Origin: Pseudomonadota bacterium
GTDB lineage: Bacteria; Pseudomonadota; Gammaproteobacteria; JBCCGL01
NCBI GenBank assembly: GCA_039029275.1
Contig: JBCCGL010000011.1
Location: forward strand, 44,676 to 108,675
DNA length: 64,000 bases
Direction: 5' to 3'
The position numbers were made by a program, and so were the translations under genes. The notes beneath the pieces are model-generated. The model worked only from the letters and a program-made list of their open reading frames with translations. It did not search any database and was not told where the DNA came from. Shown one piece after another: positions 20,897-30,441 of the stretch; the first letter of the stretch is position 1; the number at the start of each line of letters is the position of its first letter.

Positions 20897-22795
20897 ATGA
20901 ATTTCGATACTGGTACGCACGATCACCCTCTCGATCCGCTTACGCCTGGCGAACTGAAAAAAGTTGTCGATTTGATTCGACAATCCGATATTGGTCGTGA
21001 CTCTATCCTTTTCGAACAGATCCGATTAATCGAACCCGATAAGCATAACGTCCGCACTTTTAACCCAGGCGATCCGATTTCACGCTCGGCGCTCGCTGTG
21101 TTTCAGAACCGTGACAACGGCAATGTGTTCGAGGCACGAGTGTGTCTCGAGAATCAGACAATTAAAGCGAGCAGCATACCGGACGTACAAATTCCGATAA
21201 CACTTGAAGAGTGCGACGAGCTATCTTCCTTGGTCAAAGCAGATGACGCCTTCCTGCAGGCCCTGGCAGCAAGAGGTATCGATGATACAAACAAGGTTGT
21301 GGTGGAGGCGCTGAGCATGGCCAACTTCGCCGATCCTGAGGAAGAACAATTTCGCCTGGCGCGCGCGCATTGTTTCTACATCGAAGCACCCGATGACAAT
21401 CCACACGCGCGGCCGATTGAGGGTTTGGTGCCAGTTGTCGATCTCGGCGCAATGCGCGTATTACGGATCGAGGATTACGGGTCGAAACCGATTCCTTCTG
21501 ATCGCGGCGAATATCGCGCGAGCAAATTGGGGCACGTAGATCCGCCCACGGCGCGACTGGACATTACCCAAGCTGACGGTCCCGGATTCACAGTCAACGG
21601 CCATCATGTCAATTGGCAAAACTGGGATTTTCGGGTCGGATTTACCCCGCGCGAAGGTCTTGTCCTGCACACCTTGTCGATCAGTGATGATGGCGATTTG
21701 CGGCCGGTTGTGCATCGCGCGTCCTTAAGCGAGTTGGTTGTGCCTTACGCCGAAACGCACGGCGACCACTACCTCAATCATTCCTTTGACCTTGGCGAAG
21801 GCGTGTTTGGCAACGCGGTGAATTCACTCACGCTTGGCTGCGATTGCGTCGGCGAAATTTACTATTTTGATGTAAACCTTACCGATGCATTCGGTAACAT
21901 AAAGCATCTGCCCAACGCTATCTGCATGCACGAAGAAGACTACGGTGTATTGTGGAAGCATACAGATACACAAAACAACACGACCGAAGTGCGCCGGTCG
22001 CGTCGACTGGTTGTATCGTCGTTTTTTACAATTGGGAACTACGACTACGGCATCTTCTGGTATTTGTACCTGGACGGCACAATTGAGTTTGAGGCCAAGC
22101 TTACGGGCATGCTCTACACCCGCGCGTTGGAAAACGGCGAGAGCGCGAAATACGGCGTACAGGTCGCGCCAAACCTGTGCGGCATGATTCACGAGCACTA
22201 CTTCAATATTCGACTCGATATGTGTGTCGACGGCGATAACAACAGCGTGGTTGAAGTTGAGGCCAAGCGGGTTCCCACAGGCCCAGACAACCCACACGGC
22301 AATGCCCACGGGATACGCGAAACGATTCTTGACAGCGAACTAAACTCCGGCCGAGACACAAACGCCGCGGACGCGCGCTACTGGAAAGTGATTAATCGCG
22401 CTAAGGTCAATTCACTTGGATGGCCGTCCGGTTACAAGCTGATGCCCGGTAATAACGTCAAGCCCATGCACCAACCCGGCTCACCTTTTATGCGCCGCGC
22501 AGGGTTTGTTGCGCACGACGTATGGGTCACCGCCTTTGATGAAAAAGAACTGCATGCACCGGGCGACTACCTCAATCAGAACGAAGGTGGCGGGCTTTCT
22601 GAGTGGGTAAAGGCGGATCGCCCGATTGTTGATACCGACATCGTCCTTTGGCACACGGTTGGCGTTATGCACGTTCCGCGTCCAGAGGATTTTCCAGTTA
22701 TGCCTGTTGAATACACTGGATTCATGTTAAAGCCGGTTGGCTTCTTCGAGCGCAACCCTGCCTTGAATCTTGCGCCGCCGGGATGTGATAAATAA
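20897..22795 (+). CDS. copper-containing primary amine oxidase (TPQ)
   Basis: TIGNYDYG (TPQ consensus NYD), copper ligands HEH and WHTVG...HVPRPEDFPVMP; no signal peptide. Confidence 0.94.
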   Translation: MNFDTGTHDHPLDPLTPGELKKVVDLIRQSDIGRDSILFEQIRLIEPDKHNVRTFNPGDPISRSALAVFQNRDNGNVFEARVCLENQTIKASSIPDVQIPITLEECDELSSLVKADDAFLQALAARGIDDTNKVVVEALSMANFADPEEEQFRLARAHCFYIEAPDDNPHARPIEGLVPVVDLGAMRVLRIEDYGSKPIPSDRGEYRASKLGHVDPPTARLDITQADGPGFTVNGHHVNWQNWDFRVGFTPREGLVLHTLSISDDGDLRPVVHRASLSELVVPYAETHGDHYLNHSFDLGEGVFGNAVNSLTLGCDCVGEIYYFDVNLTDAFGNIKHLPNAICMHEEDYGVLWKHTDTQNNTTEVRRSRRLVVSSFFTIGNYDYGIFWYLYLDGTIEFEAKLTGMLYTRALENGESAKYGVQVAPNLCGMIHEHYFNIRLDMCVDGDNNSVVEVEAKRVPTGPDNPHGNAHGIRETILDSELNSGRDTNAADARYWKVINRAKVNSLGWPSGYKLMPGNNVKPMHQPGSPFMRRAGFVAHDVWVTAFDEKELHAPGDYLNQNEGGGLSEWVKADRPIVDTDIVLWHTVGVMHVPRPEDFPVMPVEYTGFMLKPVGFFERNPALNLAPPGCDK

Positions 22796-22805
22796 ATCCG
22801 ACTTG

Positions 22806-23387
22806 TCACGGCGAGATTCCGCCAAATAAACTCTGCACGGCGTGATCGCCCGCCTGTTTGGGATTCATTTGACCGGAGTGAATAGACCACCAGCCCACGT
22901 ACGTCACGCTATCGATCAACATGACGATCCAGTCTGTCGATAAACTTTCGTTGATTGATTTTTCAATTTTCGCGCGTTCCACGATTTGGGCGAGTTCGTC
23001 AAGTTGCCGATAGTAAATTTTGATCGCTTCATCGTTTTCTGAGGCAATTACCCACAGCAACATCAGAAAGTGAAATCGATCTGCCACTGGCATAATCGCG
23101 CGGATACCTTCGGTGATTACTTCAACCGCCGGCCTTTCAGGAACGTTCAACGATTTAAGAACAGCCTCTGATGCCTTCATAGACTCCGCAGCAAGCTCAA
23201 GCACCAGTTCATCGCGTGACTCGAAATGACGATACAGTGTCGCCCGCCCCACACCGGCGTGCGCCGCAATGTCACTCATTGACGCACGAGGATTTTCCAA
23301 CAGCAACTCGATTGCCGCGTTCAGCAATGCATCTCGAGAACGGTGAGCACGCGGATCACTGACATTGATACTTTTTTTACGAGACAT
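22806..23387 (-). CDS. TetR/AcrR-family regulator
   Basis: ASMSDIAAHAGVGRATLYRHFESRDEL; probable ATG at 23387. Confidence 0.92.
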   Translation of the reverse strand: MSRKKSINVSDPRAHRSRDALLNAAIELLLENPRASMSDIAAHAGVGRATLYRHFESRDELVLELAAESMKASEAVLKSLNVPERPAVEVITEGIRAIMPVADRFHFLMLLWVIASENDEAIKIYYRQLDELAQIVERAKIEKSINESLSTDWIVMLIDSVTYVGWWSIHSGQMNPKQAGDHAVQSLFGGISP

Positions 23388-23414
23388 AGTTGACCCACAG
23401 TTGTTTTGCATCTA

Positions 23415-23432
23415 TGATACACGTATGTCTTA
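23415..23432. promoter_or_regulatory. imperfect palindrome, candidate TetR operator
   Basis: TGATACA-N4-TGTCTTA in the 66 bp divergent intergenic region. Confidence 0.3.
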
Positions 23433-23453
23433 TATAGATCATTAATAATTCCA

Positions 23454-23747
23454 ATGCACAAAGCACAATTTTTAGCTAATCAGTGCTTTCAGTGGCTGAT
23501 CAAGAATAAAGGCAGAGCAATAGGTTCTTTGATCGTTATTGCTATTTCCACCGCCATGAACTGGTACTGGCTATGGGGCCTGCTACTCCTTTTGTGGGCG
23601 GTGAATGATTTTATTACATCGCAAACGTGGCTCTCTGAAACTATCTCCAAACGATCTAATCCCATTTTGTTTCACATCATCGTACTGATGTGGGCTGCCT
23701 TTGGCGTTTACTTCATCTTTTTCATCGATACGTATGAATACTACTAG
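23454..23747 (+). CDS. small Trp-rich membrane protein
   Basis: 97 aa, NWYWLWGLLLLLWA...NPILFHIIVLMW; 9 bp upstream of the Rieske gene. Confidence 0.7.
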   Translation: MHKAQFLANQCFQWLIKNKGRAIGSLIVIAISTAMNWYWLWGLLLLLWAVNDFITSQTWLSETISKRSNPILFHIIVLMWAAFGVYFIFFIDTYEYY

Positions 23748-23756
23748 GAGAAACTA

Positions 23757-24914
23757 TTGGACATGTTAACGGACAACTATCGAATCACCGCATCTGCGTC
23801 GCTTGAAAATGCAATCTCCCTTCCGTTTTCGGTTTACCGGGATCAAGACGTGTACACGCAGGAAATGGAGCGAATTTTTCGCAATGACTGGGTCTTTGTG
23901 TGCTTCGAACAGGAAATTCCTGATGTCGGAAACTACTTCGCTCTCGAACTCGCCGGCGAATCGATTGCGATTATACGAGGCAATGACGGCCACATTCGTG
24001 CTCTTTCAAACAATTGCCGCCACCGCGGAACGCCATTGTTAGATGAAGGGTTTGGTTCAATCGAAAAGTTAATAGTTTGTCCTTATCACGCATGGGCGTA
24101 TGACGATAAAGGCGCGCTCAAAGGGGCGCCGTTTAGCGGCACCGTAAAGATCGAAAAGGAGGAACACTGCTTGCCCGAGTTTTTGCTGGGCATTCATTTG
24201 GGCATGGTGTTTGTACACCTCGGCGATGCGGTGACACCGCTTGAGTCGCGCCTGTCCGGCTTGGCCGAGTTTGCCGCCGTGTTTCAACCTGAGCGATTTG
24301 ATTCCGCAAGCGAGAGCACCCGCGAAATCTGGCAGGCAAACTGGAAACTGGCGATGGAAAACGCAATGGAGAGTTATCACCTGTTCAAGGTGCACACAAA
24401 AACACTGGAAACGGTTACGCCGACGAAACAGTCGTACTACGTTGCCGGCAGCGCAGAGTGGACGCTAACTGGGGGTAAGATGATTGACAACAGCAGTGCA
24501 TTTTCCAAATGGTTTCGCGGCGATTATCCGGAAGCTTACGAGCACTACCTGCTGGTCAGCCTGCCGCCGAACTTTGTCGGTATCATGACGTATGATTCAT
24601 TCGGCTGGCTTAGCGTTAATCCGACAAGCTTCGATCAATGTGAGATTCGCGCCGGTGCCATTTTCTCAGGTGGGCACGGAGTCGAAGACAGCACCGCAAA
24701 AGAATTTACCCAGGCGTTTTTTGAAGAAGATAAATGGATTTGCGAACGCGTCCAGCGCGGAATGCGCTCGCAAAACGGTAGCGGTGGAAAACTGGTCGAG
24801 ATGGAGCGCGTGGTTGTCGACTTTCATCAGTACCTCGCATCGAGATTATTTGGTGAAGTCGGAGATGGCTTTTTCGAAAACCCTGATGACACTGTTTTCA
24901 AAAACTATAACTAG
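23757..24914 (+). CDS. Rieske non-heme iron oxygenase alpha subunit
   Basis: Rieske CRH...CPYH, mononuclear Fe motif ENAMESYHLFKVH, distal Asp in EEDKWICE; AGGAG RBS before TTG. Confidence 0.92.
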   Translation: MDMLTDNYRITASASLENAISLPFSVYRDQDVYTQEMERIFRNDWVFVCFEQEIPDVGNYFALELAGESIAIIRGNDGHIRALSNNCRHRGTPLLDEGFGSIEKLIVCPYHAWAYDDKGALKGAPFSGTVKIEKEEHCLPEFLLGIHLGMVFVHLGDAVTPLESRLSGLAEFAAVFQPERFDSASESTREIWQANWKLAMENAMESYHLFKVHTKTLETVTPTKQSYYVAGSAEWTLTGGKMIDNSSAFSKWFRGDYPEAYEHYLLVSLPPNFVGIMTYDSFGWLSVNPTSFDQCEIRAGAIFSGGHGVEDSTAKEFTQAFFEEDKWICERVQRGMRSQNGSGGKLVEMERVVVDFHQYLASRLFGEVGDGFFENPDDTVFKNYN

Positions 24915-25053
24915 AACCAATCCCAGACATTGAGTCACGGCTCTCGAACTAGACCCGGACCTTGTACAGATCACAGTTCGAGCGCAGCAAACGCGCATTT
25001 TTAGGCCGTCGGCAAGGCAGCACAAACAAGAAAGATTATTTTTCAAAAACCCG

Positions 25054-25443
25054 TCAGTGACAGAACCACACACCTCGATTGGGCAATACAAAATCAACCT
25101 GCTCAGACGAACGAATCTTCTCCAGTGATTGCGTGCTGCCTGGCTTCATGCTGATCACAAACCAGCCGTCGAAAAGCGTTTCGCGAACATCTGTTACTGC
25201 GGACTGCGAAGACAAAAATCCACGCCCATCCGACTCGTCGCCGACTATCGATACAACGTATTCGGGCTCGCCGCGTTCATTGTGAAATCCTGCGACTTCG
25301 AGCTTTCGCAATTCGGCTTCGGCGTAGGCGTTAAACCAATAGGTCGCCGATTTGCCGATAGCTTGAAAGGCGCCTAAATACCCGAGTAAAAAGAACAGCC
25401 CGGCGACCAACGGAATCAAAACCGGGTAGGATTTCACGGTCAT
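25054..25443 (-). CDS. hypothetical membrane-anchored protein
   Basis: ATG at 25443 overlaps the DMT stop; N-terminal TM helix; ends ...GVWFCH. Confidence 0.7.
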   Translation of the reverse strand: MTVKSYPVLIPLVAGLFFLLGYLGAFQAIGKSATYWFNAYAEAELRKLEVAGFHNERGEPEYVVSIVGDESDGRGFLSSQSAVTDVRETLFDGWFVISMKPGSTQSLEKIRSSEQVDFVLPNRGVWFCH

Positions 25444-26339
25444 TATGCTTGCTGCGACAACTTGCGTTCGCGGTAAAAAACGAACATACCGGATGAGACG
25501 ATAATCGCGACTCCCAACCATGTAAGCGAGTCGGGAAAATCACCAAAAAACACCAGCCCGAGCGCCGTTGCACTGATAATTTCGATATATTGGAATGGCG
25601 CCAGAACCGCCACGGGAGCGCGTTGAAACGCATTCACAACAAGCAAATGACAAACCGTTGCAATTAGCCCCAGCAGTATCAATAAACCAAACTCGGTCAA
25701 ATTTGGCCACGTAACCCGCAGCACGTCGATTTGTGTGTGCTCACCTATCAATAGCGCTATCGTCATGATAACAAAACCAAAAATACCGGCGTAGAACTGC
25801 ATGGTTGCCGGATCCTCGCGTTGCGACACCCGGCGGGTCAACAAGATATAAATAGCAAACGCAAGTGCGGTACCCAGCGGTAATGCGGCTGGCCACCCGA
25901 ATTGCTCAAAGTTGGGACGAATAACGAGCAGTGCTCCAATAAATCCAAATGCTATAGCCAACAACCTGCGCCAACCAACGCCCTCTTTTAAAAACACGGC
26001 TGCGAGTAAAGTGACCAATAATGGCTCGACAAAAAAGATCGCAATTGCATCGGCAATCGGTAAATGTTTAAGCGCCATAAAAAACAACAGAGTTGCCAGC
26101 GCAATCATTCCACCCCGCGCCACGTGCACCCAAACACCGGAGGCGAACGGCGCCCCTTTCAAGCCGATTACCAGCGGAAACATGAACAATGTTTGAAACA
26201 AAAACCGGCTCCATGTAACCTGACCTGCCGCAATCGAGTCCGACATCCATTTGGCGATTGCGTCGATGCCCGGAATCACCAACATCGCCACCGCCATCAT
26301 GATCATGGCGCTCTGGATTTGGTTGTCGTCTTGTTTCAC
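25443..26339 (-). CDS. DMT/EamA-family transporter
   Basis: About 10 TM helices in two EamA repeats (AIFFVEPLLVT, LAPFQYIEII). Confidence 0.92.
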   Translation of the reverse strand: MKQDDNQIQSAMIMMAVAMLVIPGIDAIAKWMSDSIAAGQVTWSRFLFQTLFMFPLVIGLKGAPFASGVWVHVARGGMIALATLLFFMALKHLPIADAIAIFFVEPLLVTLLAAVFLKEGVGWRRLLAIAFGFIGALLVIRPNFEQFGWPAALPLGTALAFAIYILLTRRVSQREDPATMQFYAGIFGFVIMTIALLIGEHTQIDVLRVTWPNLTEFGLLILLGLIATVCHLLVVNAFQRAPVAVLAPFQYIEIISATALGLVFFGDFPDSLTWLGVAIIVSSGMFVFYRERKLSQQA

Positions 26340-26466
26340 GCGGTGCGCCTCTTAAACACTTTAACGACGCAGTATTTGCAAGTTGTAAAACAGCGCATAT
26401 ACGGGTGTTTATACATATTGGATAACCGAACAGAACCTGCTTTTTAACGCAGCGTATACGAGGCAG

Positions 26467-27747
26467 TTAGATTTTCTGAGGCGCACTTGGCGTCGGCTCG
26501 CGAGTTTTGCCGTCCATCACCCTTTTCTTGGTGCCTTCGGTTTGATAGCGATTAAATTCATCGTCCATGCTGGAGGCAAGCTCCGCTATACGCAGCCTCG
26601 ATGTCTCAGGCGCGAGTTGCCCGGCCTCTCGCAAACCTTTATGCCGCGACCACACAGAGTATTTTTTATTGACCTGATGCGGTTGATACAGGTTCATCTC
26701 CTCGATACCAATGGTGCTTTCGATCGTGAGGTATCCGGATTGCTCTGCTTCACTCATCAGCCGCGCGCCTGCAGCCGTACGCGCAATCACCGCGTTGGTG
26801 CCCGGATCCTTTTCCTGCCCTTCGCGCTCCGGCCCGCCGCCAGGCCAGTTGTCTGAGGCCGCAACGTCGGCCGCTTCACCGATTCCATCGGGACAGACCT
26901 TGCAGCGAAACGGTAAAGACCACTGGGTTTCGTCCTCGCCCCAAAGATCAATGTAGTTTTTTTCGATTTTGCGCCCATCATGGGTTTCAACATGCACGGG
27001 GCCCGGGCAACCATGCCCACGGTAGCGCATGAATTTGAGCTGTTCCCAGCTGACACTGATCGAGTTGAGAAAACGCTGCGTCGCGGGCGGTGGCGAGAAT
27101 CCACCACATACCGGCGCGAGCCAGTATTTGACCAGCCGATCAACGCGCTCGTCGTGGCGGGCCAAATTTCGGAGTGTGGCGATGTCGCACGGCTTGCCGA
27201 TGTACGCGAAGGGCTGGTTGCGATCCAGCGCACTGTGCACGTCGATCAACGATGCCGTGGGTCCGTAGCGTGAACCGGCTCCCTGCATCACGTCGTCAAC
27301 ATTTTCGCTGATATGCGCTTCACCAAAACTCGGGTATTTCGTTGATGCTCGTGCGTGCAAGATAAAATCCACCTTTTTCTCTGCGATCAAGTATAAGGCC
27401 AGTGCACTTAGCACCCCGCCAGTGGATGCTTTAAAGCGCACCTCAGGGTTGCTCGCATAAGCCATCACGATATTCTGATATTCGCCCCAGACCGGATCGT
27501 GAACCGTGTTTTCGTCGTGCAGATTTGTTGGCAAGCCTTCGACCCGCGTGCCGGGGCACACGTCATAAATCAGGTCAACGACCTCATGATCGAGATCGCG
27601 CAGCACCACAGGTCGCTGAGAACCCAACTCTGTGACTTTCATCTGGATTCGTGACTCGCCGGCAATGCTCTGGCAAACGCCGCAGCCGATGCACAGGCCG
27701 CACTCGGAAATACGATTAAATCGCTGGGTGGGAGAAAGATCGGACAC
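26467..27747 (-). CDS. FrhB/FdhB-family Fe-S flavoprotein (coenzyme F420 hydrogenase beta-like)
   Basis: CIGCGVCQS and CPG N-terminal Fe-S motifs, STGGVLSAL, GKPCDI, CGG, FRCKVCPD; probable GTG start at 27747. Confidence 0.85.
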   Translation of the reverse strand: MSDLSPTQRFNRISECGLCIGCGVCQSIAGESRIQMKVTELGSQRPVVLRDLDHEVVDLIYDVCPGTRVEGLPTNLHDENTVHDPVWGEYQNIVMAYASNPEVRFKASTGGVLSALALYLIAEKKVDFILHARASTKYPSFGEAHISENVDDVMQGAGSRYGPTASLIDVHSALDRNQPFAYIGKPCDIATLRNLARHDERVDRLVKYWLAPVCGGFSPPPATQRFLNSISVSWEQLKFMRYRGHGCPGPVHVETHDGRKIEKNYIDLWGEDETQWSLPFRCKVCPDGIGEAADVAASDNWPGGGPEREGQEKDPGTNAVIARTAAGARLMSEAEQSGYLTIESTIGIEEMNLYQPHQVNKKYSVWSRHKGLREAGQLAPETSRLRIAELASSMDDEFNRYQTEGTKKRVMDGKTREPTPSAPQKI

Positions 27748-27875
27748 GCTGTTCCACTCACCTGTTTTTGAGGTGACGTTAGAGCAAAGATGGGCTCGCA
27801 ACAAGCACTTTTTTGCCTGTGCACACACCCCGTCAAGCGTTACTATTCGGACTTCACTCAGCGAACTGTAGCAAC

Positions 27876-28256
27876 GTGAAACCGTGTATCTACATTTGTG
27901 AAACCTGCCGTTTCAGCAAAGAACAAGACCTTGACGAGGATGGCCGAAAAGGTGGGCAAGTTTTGTATGAAAAGATTCAGGCGCTATCAGCAAATGGCGC
28001 GATCAGCGGTGAGCATGAAATTCGCACTATTCGCTGCCTCATGGGTTGTGACAATCACTGCAACATCCATTTGCGCGCGCCCGGAAAGATGGCCTACGTG
28101 ATGGGCCGGTTTGAACCGACGGAAGAAAGCGCAGAAGCGATTGGCGAATACTTTGAAAAATACATCCAGTCAGAGACCGGACAAGTGCCTTACAAAACAT
28201 GGCCGCAGGGGGTAAAGGGGCATTTTATTGCGAGAGTGCCACCCTTGGATGAGTAA
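27876..28256 (+). CDS. DUF1636-family Cys-rich protein
   Basis: ICETC...CLMGCDNHC...PGKMAYVMGRF...WPQGVKGHFIARVPP; probable GTG start at 27876. Confidence 0.85.
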   Translation: MKPCIYICETCRFSKEQDLDEDGRKGGQVLYEKIQALSANGAISGEHEIRTIRCLMGCDNHCNIHLRAPGKMAYVMGRFEPTEESAEAIGEYFEKYIQSETGQVPYKTWPQGVKGHFIARVPPLDE

Positions 28257-28297
28257 GCATCGAATCGTAATGGTGACGCCTTCTGCGACTACTGGCT

Positions 28298-28339
28298 GTA
28301 CGAACGCTGGGGGTGAGCGGTTCCAAATAGCGTTCGTAC
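28298..28339. repeat. 11 bp perfect inverted repeat between convergent genes
   Basis: GTACGAACGCT (28298-28308) and AGCGTTCGTAC (28329-28339). Confidence 0.6.
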
Positions 28340-28463
28340 TGACAACTGCATGTACTCTGTAGATGCGGCAACGCGCAACAGCATGATCAAGCGCAAATTT
28401 TGCTAAATTTTTCTAACGCGTCGCTATTTGAGCGACGGCGAGTTTAACCAGCGAAGCTCAGCG

Positions 28464-30146
28464 TCACTCAGAATTACAATTCGGCACCGATTTTCCATCA
28501 AACACACTCCCGGCTTCCTGACACCCCGTTCGACTCCGCCATCTATCAAACCCGGAATATTCGCCCGGTGTAATTAAAAACGGTTTTTCGTTACCAGCGC
28601 TTGAGTATTGATTGTTATGCGCAATAAAGCTTCCCGGTGCAGTTAACTGATCCCAGAAGCGTTCTTCCATTGCGTAGTGAATTAACAACTGCCTTGAATT
28701 CGTATTGGTGACAGTGAGATTTTCAAAGACATAGTTTTCGTTGTTAATGACTTCACCGTCCACTTTCCTGTCGCGCTGCAACCCGGACAAATCAATTTGC
28801 GCCAGTGCGTTACCGAAGGTCGTCACGTTGCGCAGCGTCACTCCTCGCGATGCGGCGAGTTTTACGCCGTTACTCCCGTTGTTGCACACCGTGCTGTTTT
28901 CAAGCGTAATCGGACCGATATTCGCCTCGATGAAAATACCGTCTTCAAGATTGTTGCAACTGTGCAAATTGTCAATGCGCACGTTGTTGTTGCCCATATC
29001 CAGCCAGAATCCGCGCGACCAGTTATTCATCGCCGTGTGATTCACGATGTCGCTGTCGATCAAATAAAGAAATTTTTGCCCGGGCGCCCAGTGGGTCAAT
29101 CCCCCTGCGTAACCGCGCCGGTTATTTCCATTTGTTACGCTGCCGCTGAGGAGCAGGCGCTCGGAACGCCCTCCGGTAATTCCGTCCGCGCCGTTTTCAT
29201 TTGCAACGACATTGCGAACGACAACGTCTTTGGTATCCCATAAATACAATCCAAACCAGTTGTTCTCATAAAGCTCTACGTCCTCAACAAGAACGTTGCG
29301 CTGCTCGACAATACCAAGCGCCGCATTGGAGACAGACGCTGCAGGCTGCTCGCCACGCATCACGCACGAATTCGAACTATTTCGCGGTTTCGTCTGGCAC
29401 GCCGCGACCGGCGACCCCGACGCGGAACGGACAAATGTGACACCTCTTAGCGTAAAGTCATTCCACCCTTGCAGGCGCAAGAGAATATCGCGCACGCCAA
29501 TTTCTATATCGGCGTTATTGGGATCGAAACCGGTTGGTGGATGGATAATTACGGTGCCTTTAAAAATTCCGAACGTTTTTTCTTGTTCGTAAACGTCCTC
29601 TAACAAGAGTTTTTGTTCGTAACGCTCCCCATTAATCCAAATGTTTTCCCGCCGCCGGCCGATTTCGGTAAAGTTGCTTTCGTTGATTTCAGAACGCCAG
29701 CCCGCGTGTATCGGTCGCGCGCGCCAACCCTGCCACTGCTCAAACAGTTCGTGCTGATAAATGCCTGCACGCTTGCTTGGTGTCCATTTGACGTCAACGA
29801 TGTCAGCACCGGTCACAATCGCCATTCCCGGCTCGACTGCCTCGATCACCAGCGGCAAGCCAGATTGAGACGCATCAAAGTGTCGCCACAAGCCTTCTCG
29901 ATAGATTCCCGGGTGCAAGAAAATATGGCTACCGCGCCCGGCTTTTCTATTTTTTGTAGCGCGGTCGACCGCTGCGGCCAGCGTTTTTAGCGGCGCGGAT
30001 TCGGCCGCGGAATTTGCATCGTCGCTGTTTGCATTCGCAGGATTCACGTGGATATGAGCAAGCGACTGCGCTGTGGCCTGCGCAGCAAAACCAAGCCAAA
30101 GCGCAAACAGGAAAAAAAGAGATTGATTTCGATGCATAAGCCGCAT
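28464..30146 (-). CDS. secreted right-handed parallel beta-helix protein
   Basis: Sec signal (..GFAAQATA-Q), PLKTLAAAV and LHPGIYRE N-terminal motifs, Asn-ladder repeats (NxxxGI). Confidence 0.85.
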   Translation of the reverse strand: MRLMHRNQSLFFLFALWLGFAAQATAQSLAHIHVNPANANSDDANSAAESAPLKTLAAAVDRATKNRKAGRGSHIFLHPGIYREGLWRHFDASQSGLPLVIEAVEPGMAIVTGADIVDVKWTPSKRAGIYQHELFEQWQGWRARPIHAGWRSEINESNFTEIGRRRENIWINGERYEQKLLLEDVYEQEKTFGIFKGTVIIHPPTGFDPNNADIEIGVRDILLRLQGWNDFTLRGVTFVRSASGSPVAACQTKPRNSSNSCVMRGEQPAASVSNAALGIVEQRNVLVEDVELYENNWFGLYLWDTKDVVVRNVVANENGADGITGGRSERLLLSGSVTNGNNRRGYAGGLTHWAPGQKFLYLIDSDIVNHTAMNNWSRGFWLDMGNNNVRIDNLHSCNNLEDGIFIEANIGPITLENSTVCNNGSNGVKLAASRGVTLRNVTTFGNALAQIDLSGLQRDRKVDGEVINNENYVFENLTVTNTNSRQLLIHYAMEERFWDQLTAPGSFIAHNNQYSSAGNEKPFLITPGEYSGFDRWRSRTGCQEAGSVFDGKSVPNCNSE

Positions 30147-30441
30147 TGAACCGCGATGCTACCGAGATGTATATCGATCAGGTAGGATTTCGTCTTAATA
30201 ACGTTTGTTCAAGGTGACTGGTAAGAACCTGTTTCTCCAGCTGATCTAACCACCGTAGACCCTCTAATTCTATCTGCAAACGCGCGCGGTACGCCCACAA
30301 ACCTAAACAAACATGAAAACTATGGGATTGTTTAACGAAGTCCTCATTTGTCCAGTTTTGTTATTTTTCACCATGTTTCTGCACAGGCGCTCTGGTATAA
30401 CGGGCTAAGCCACATAGATCGTGGCGTATCAGAGCTGTACG

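Noticed and set aside
26467-27747. True F420-reducing hydrogenase or methanogenesis module
   Set aside because: No FrhA/FrhG, maturation or F420 biosynthesis genes; only the beta-like subunit is present.
27748-27875. Cobalamin riboswitch before DUF1636
   Set aside because: The region is short and lacks the B12-box / GGGAA...GCCACUG features.
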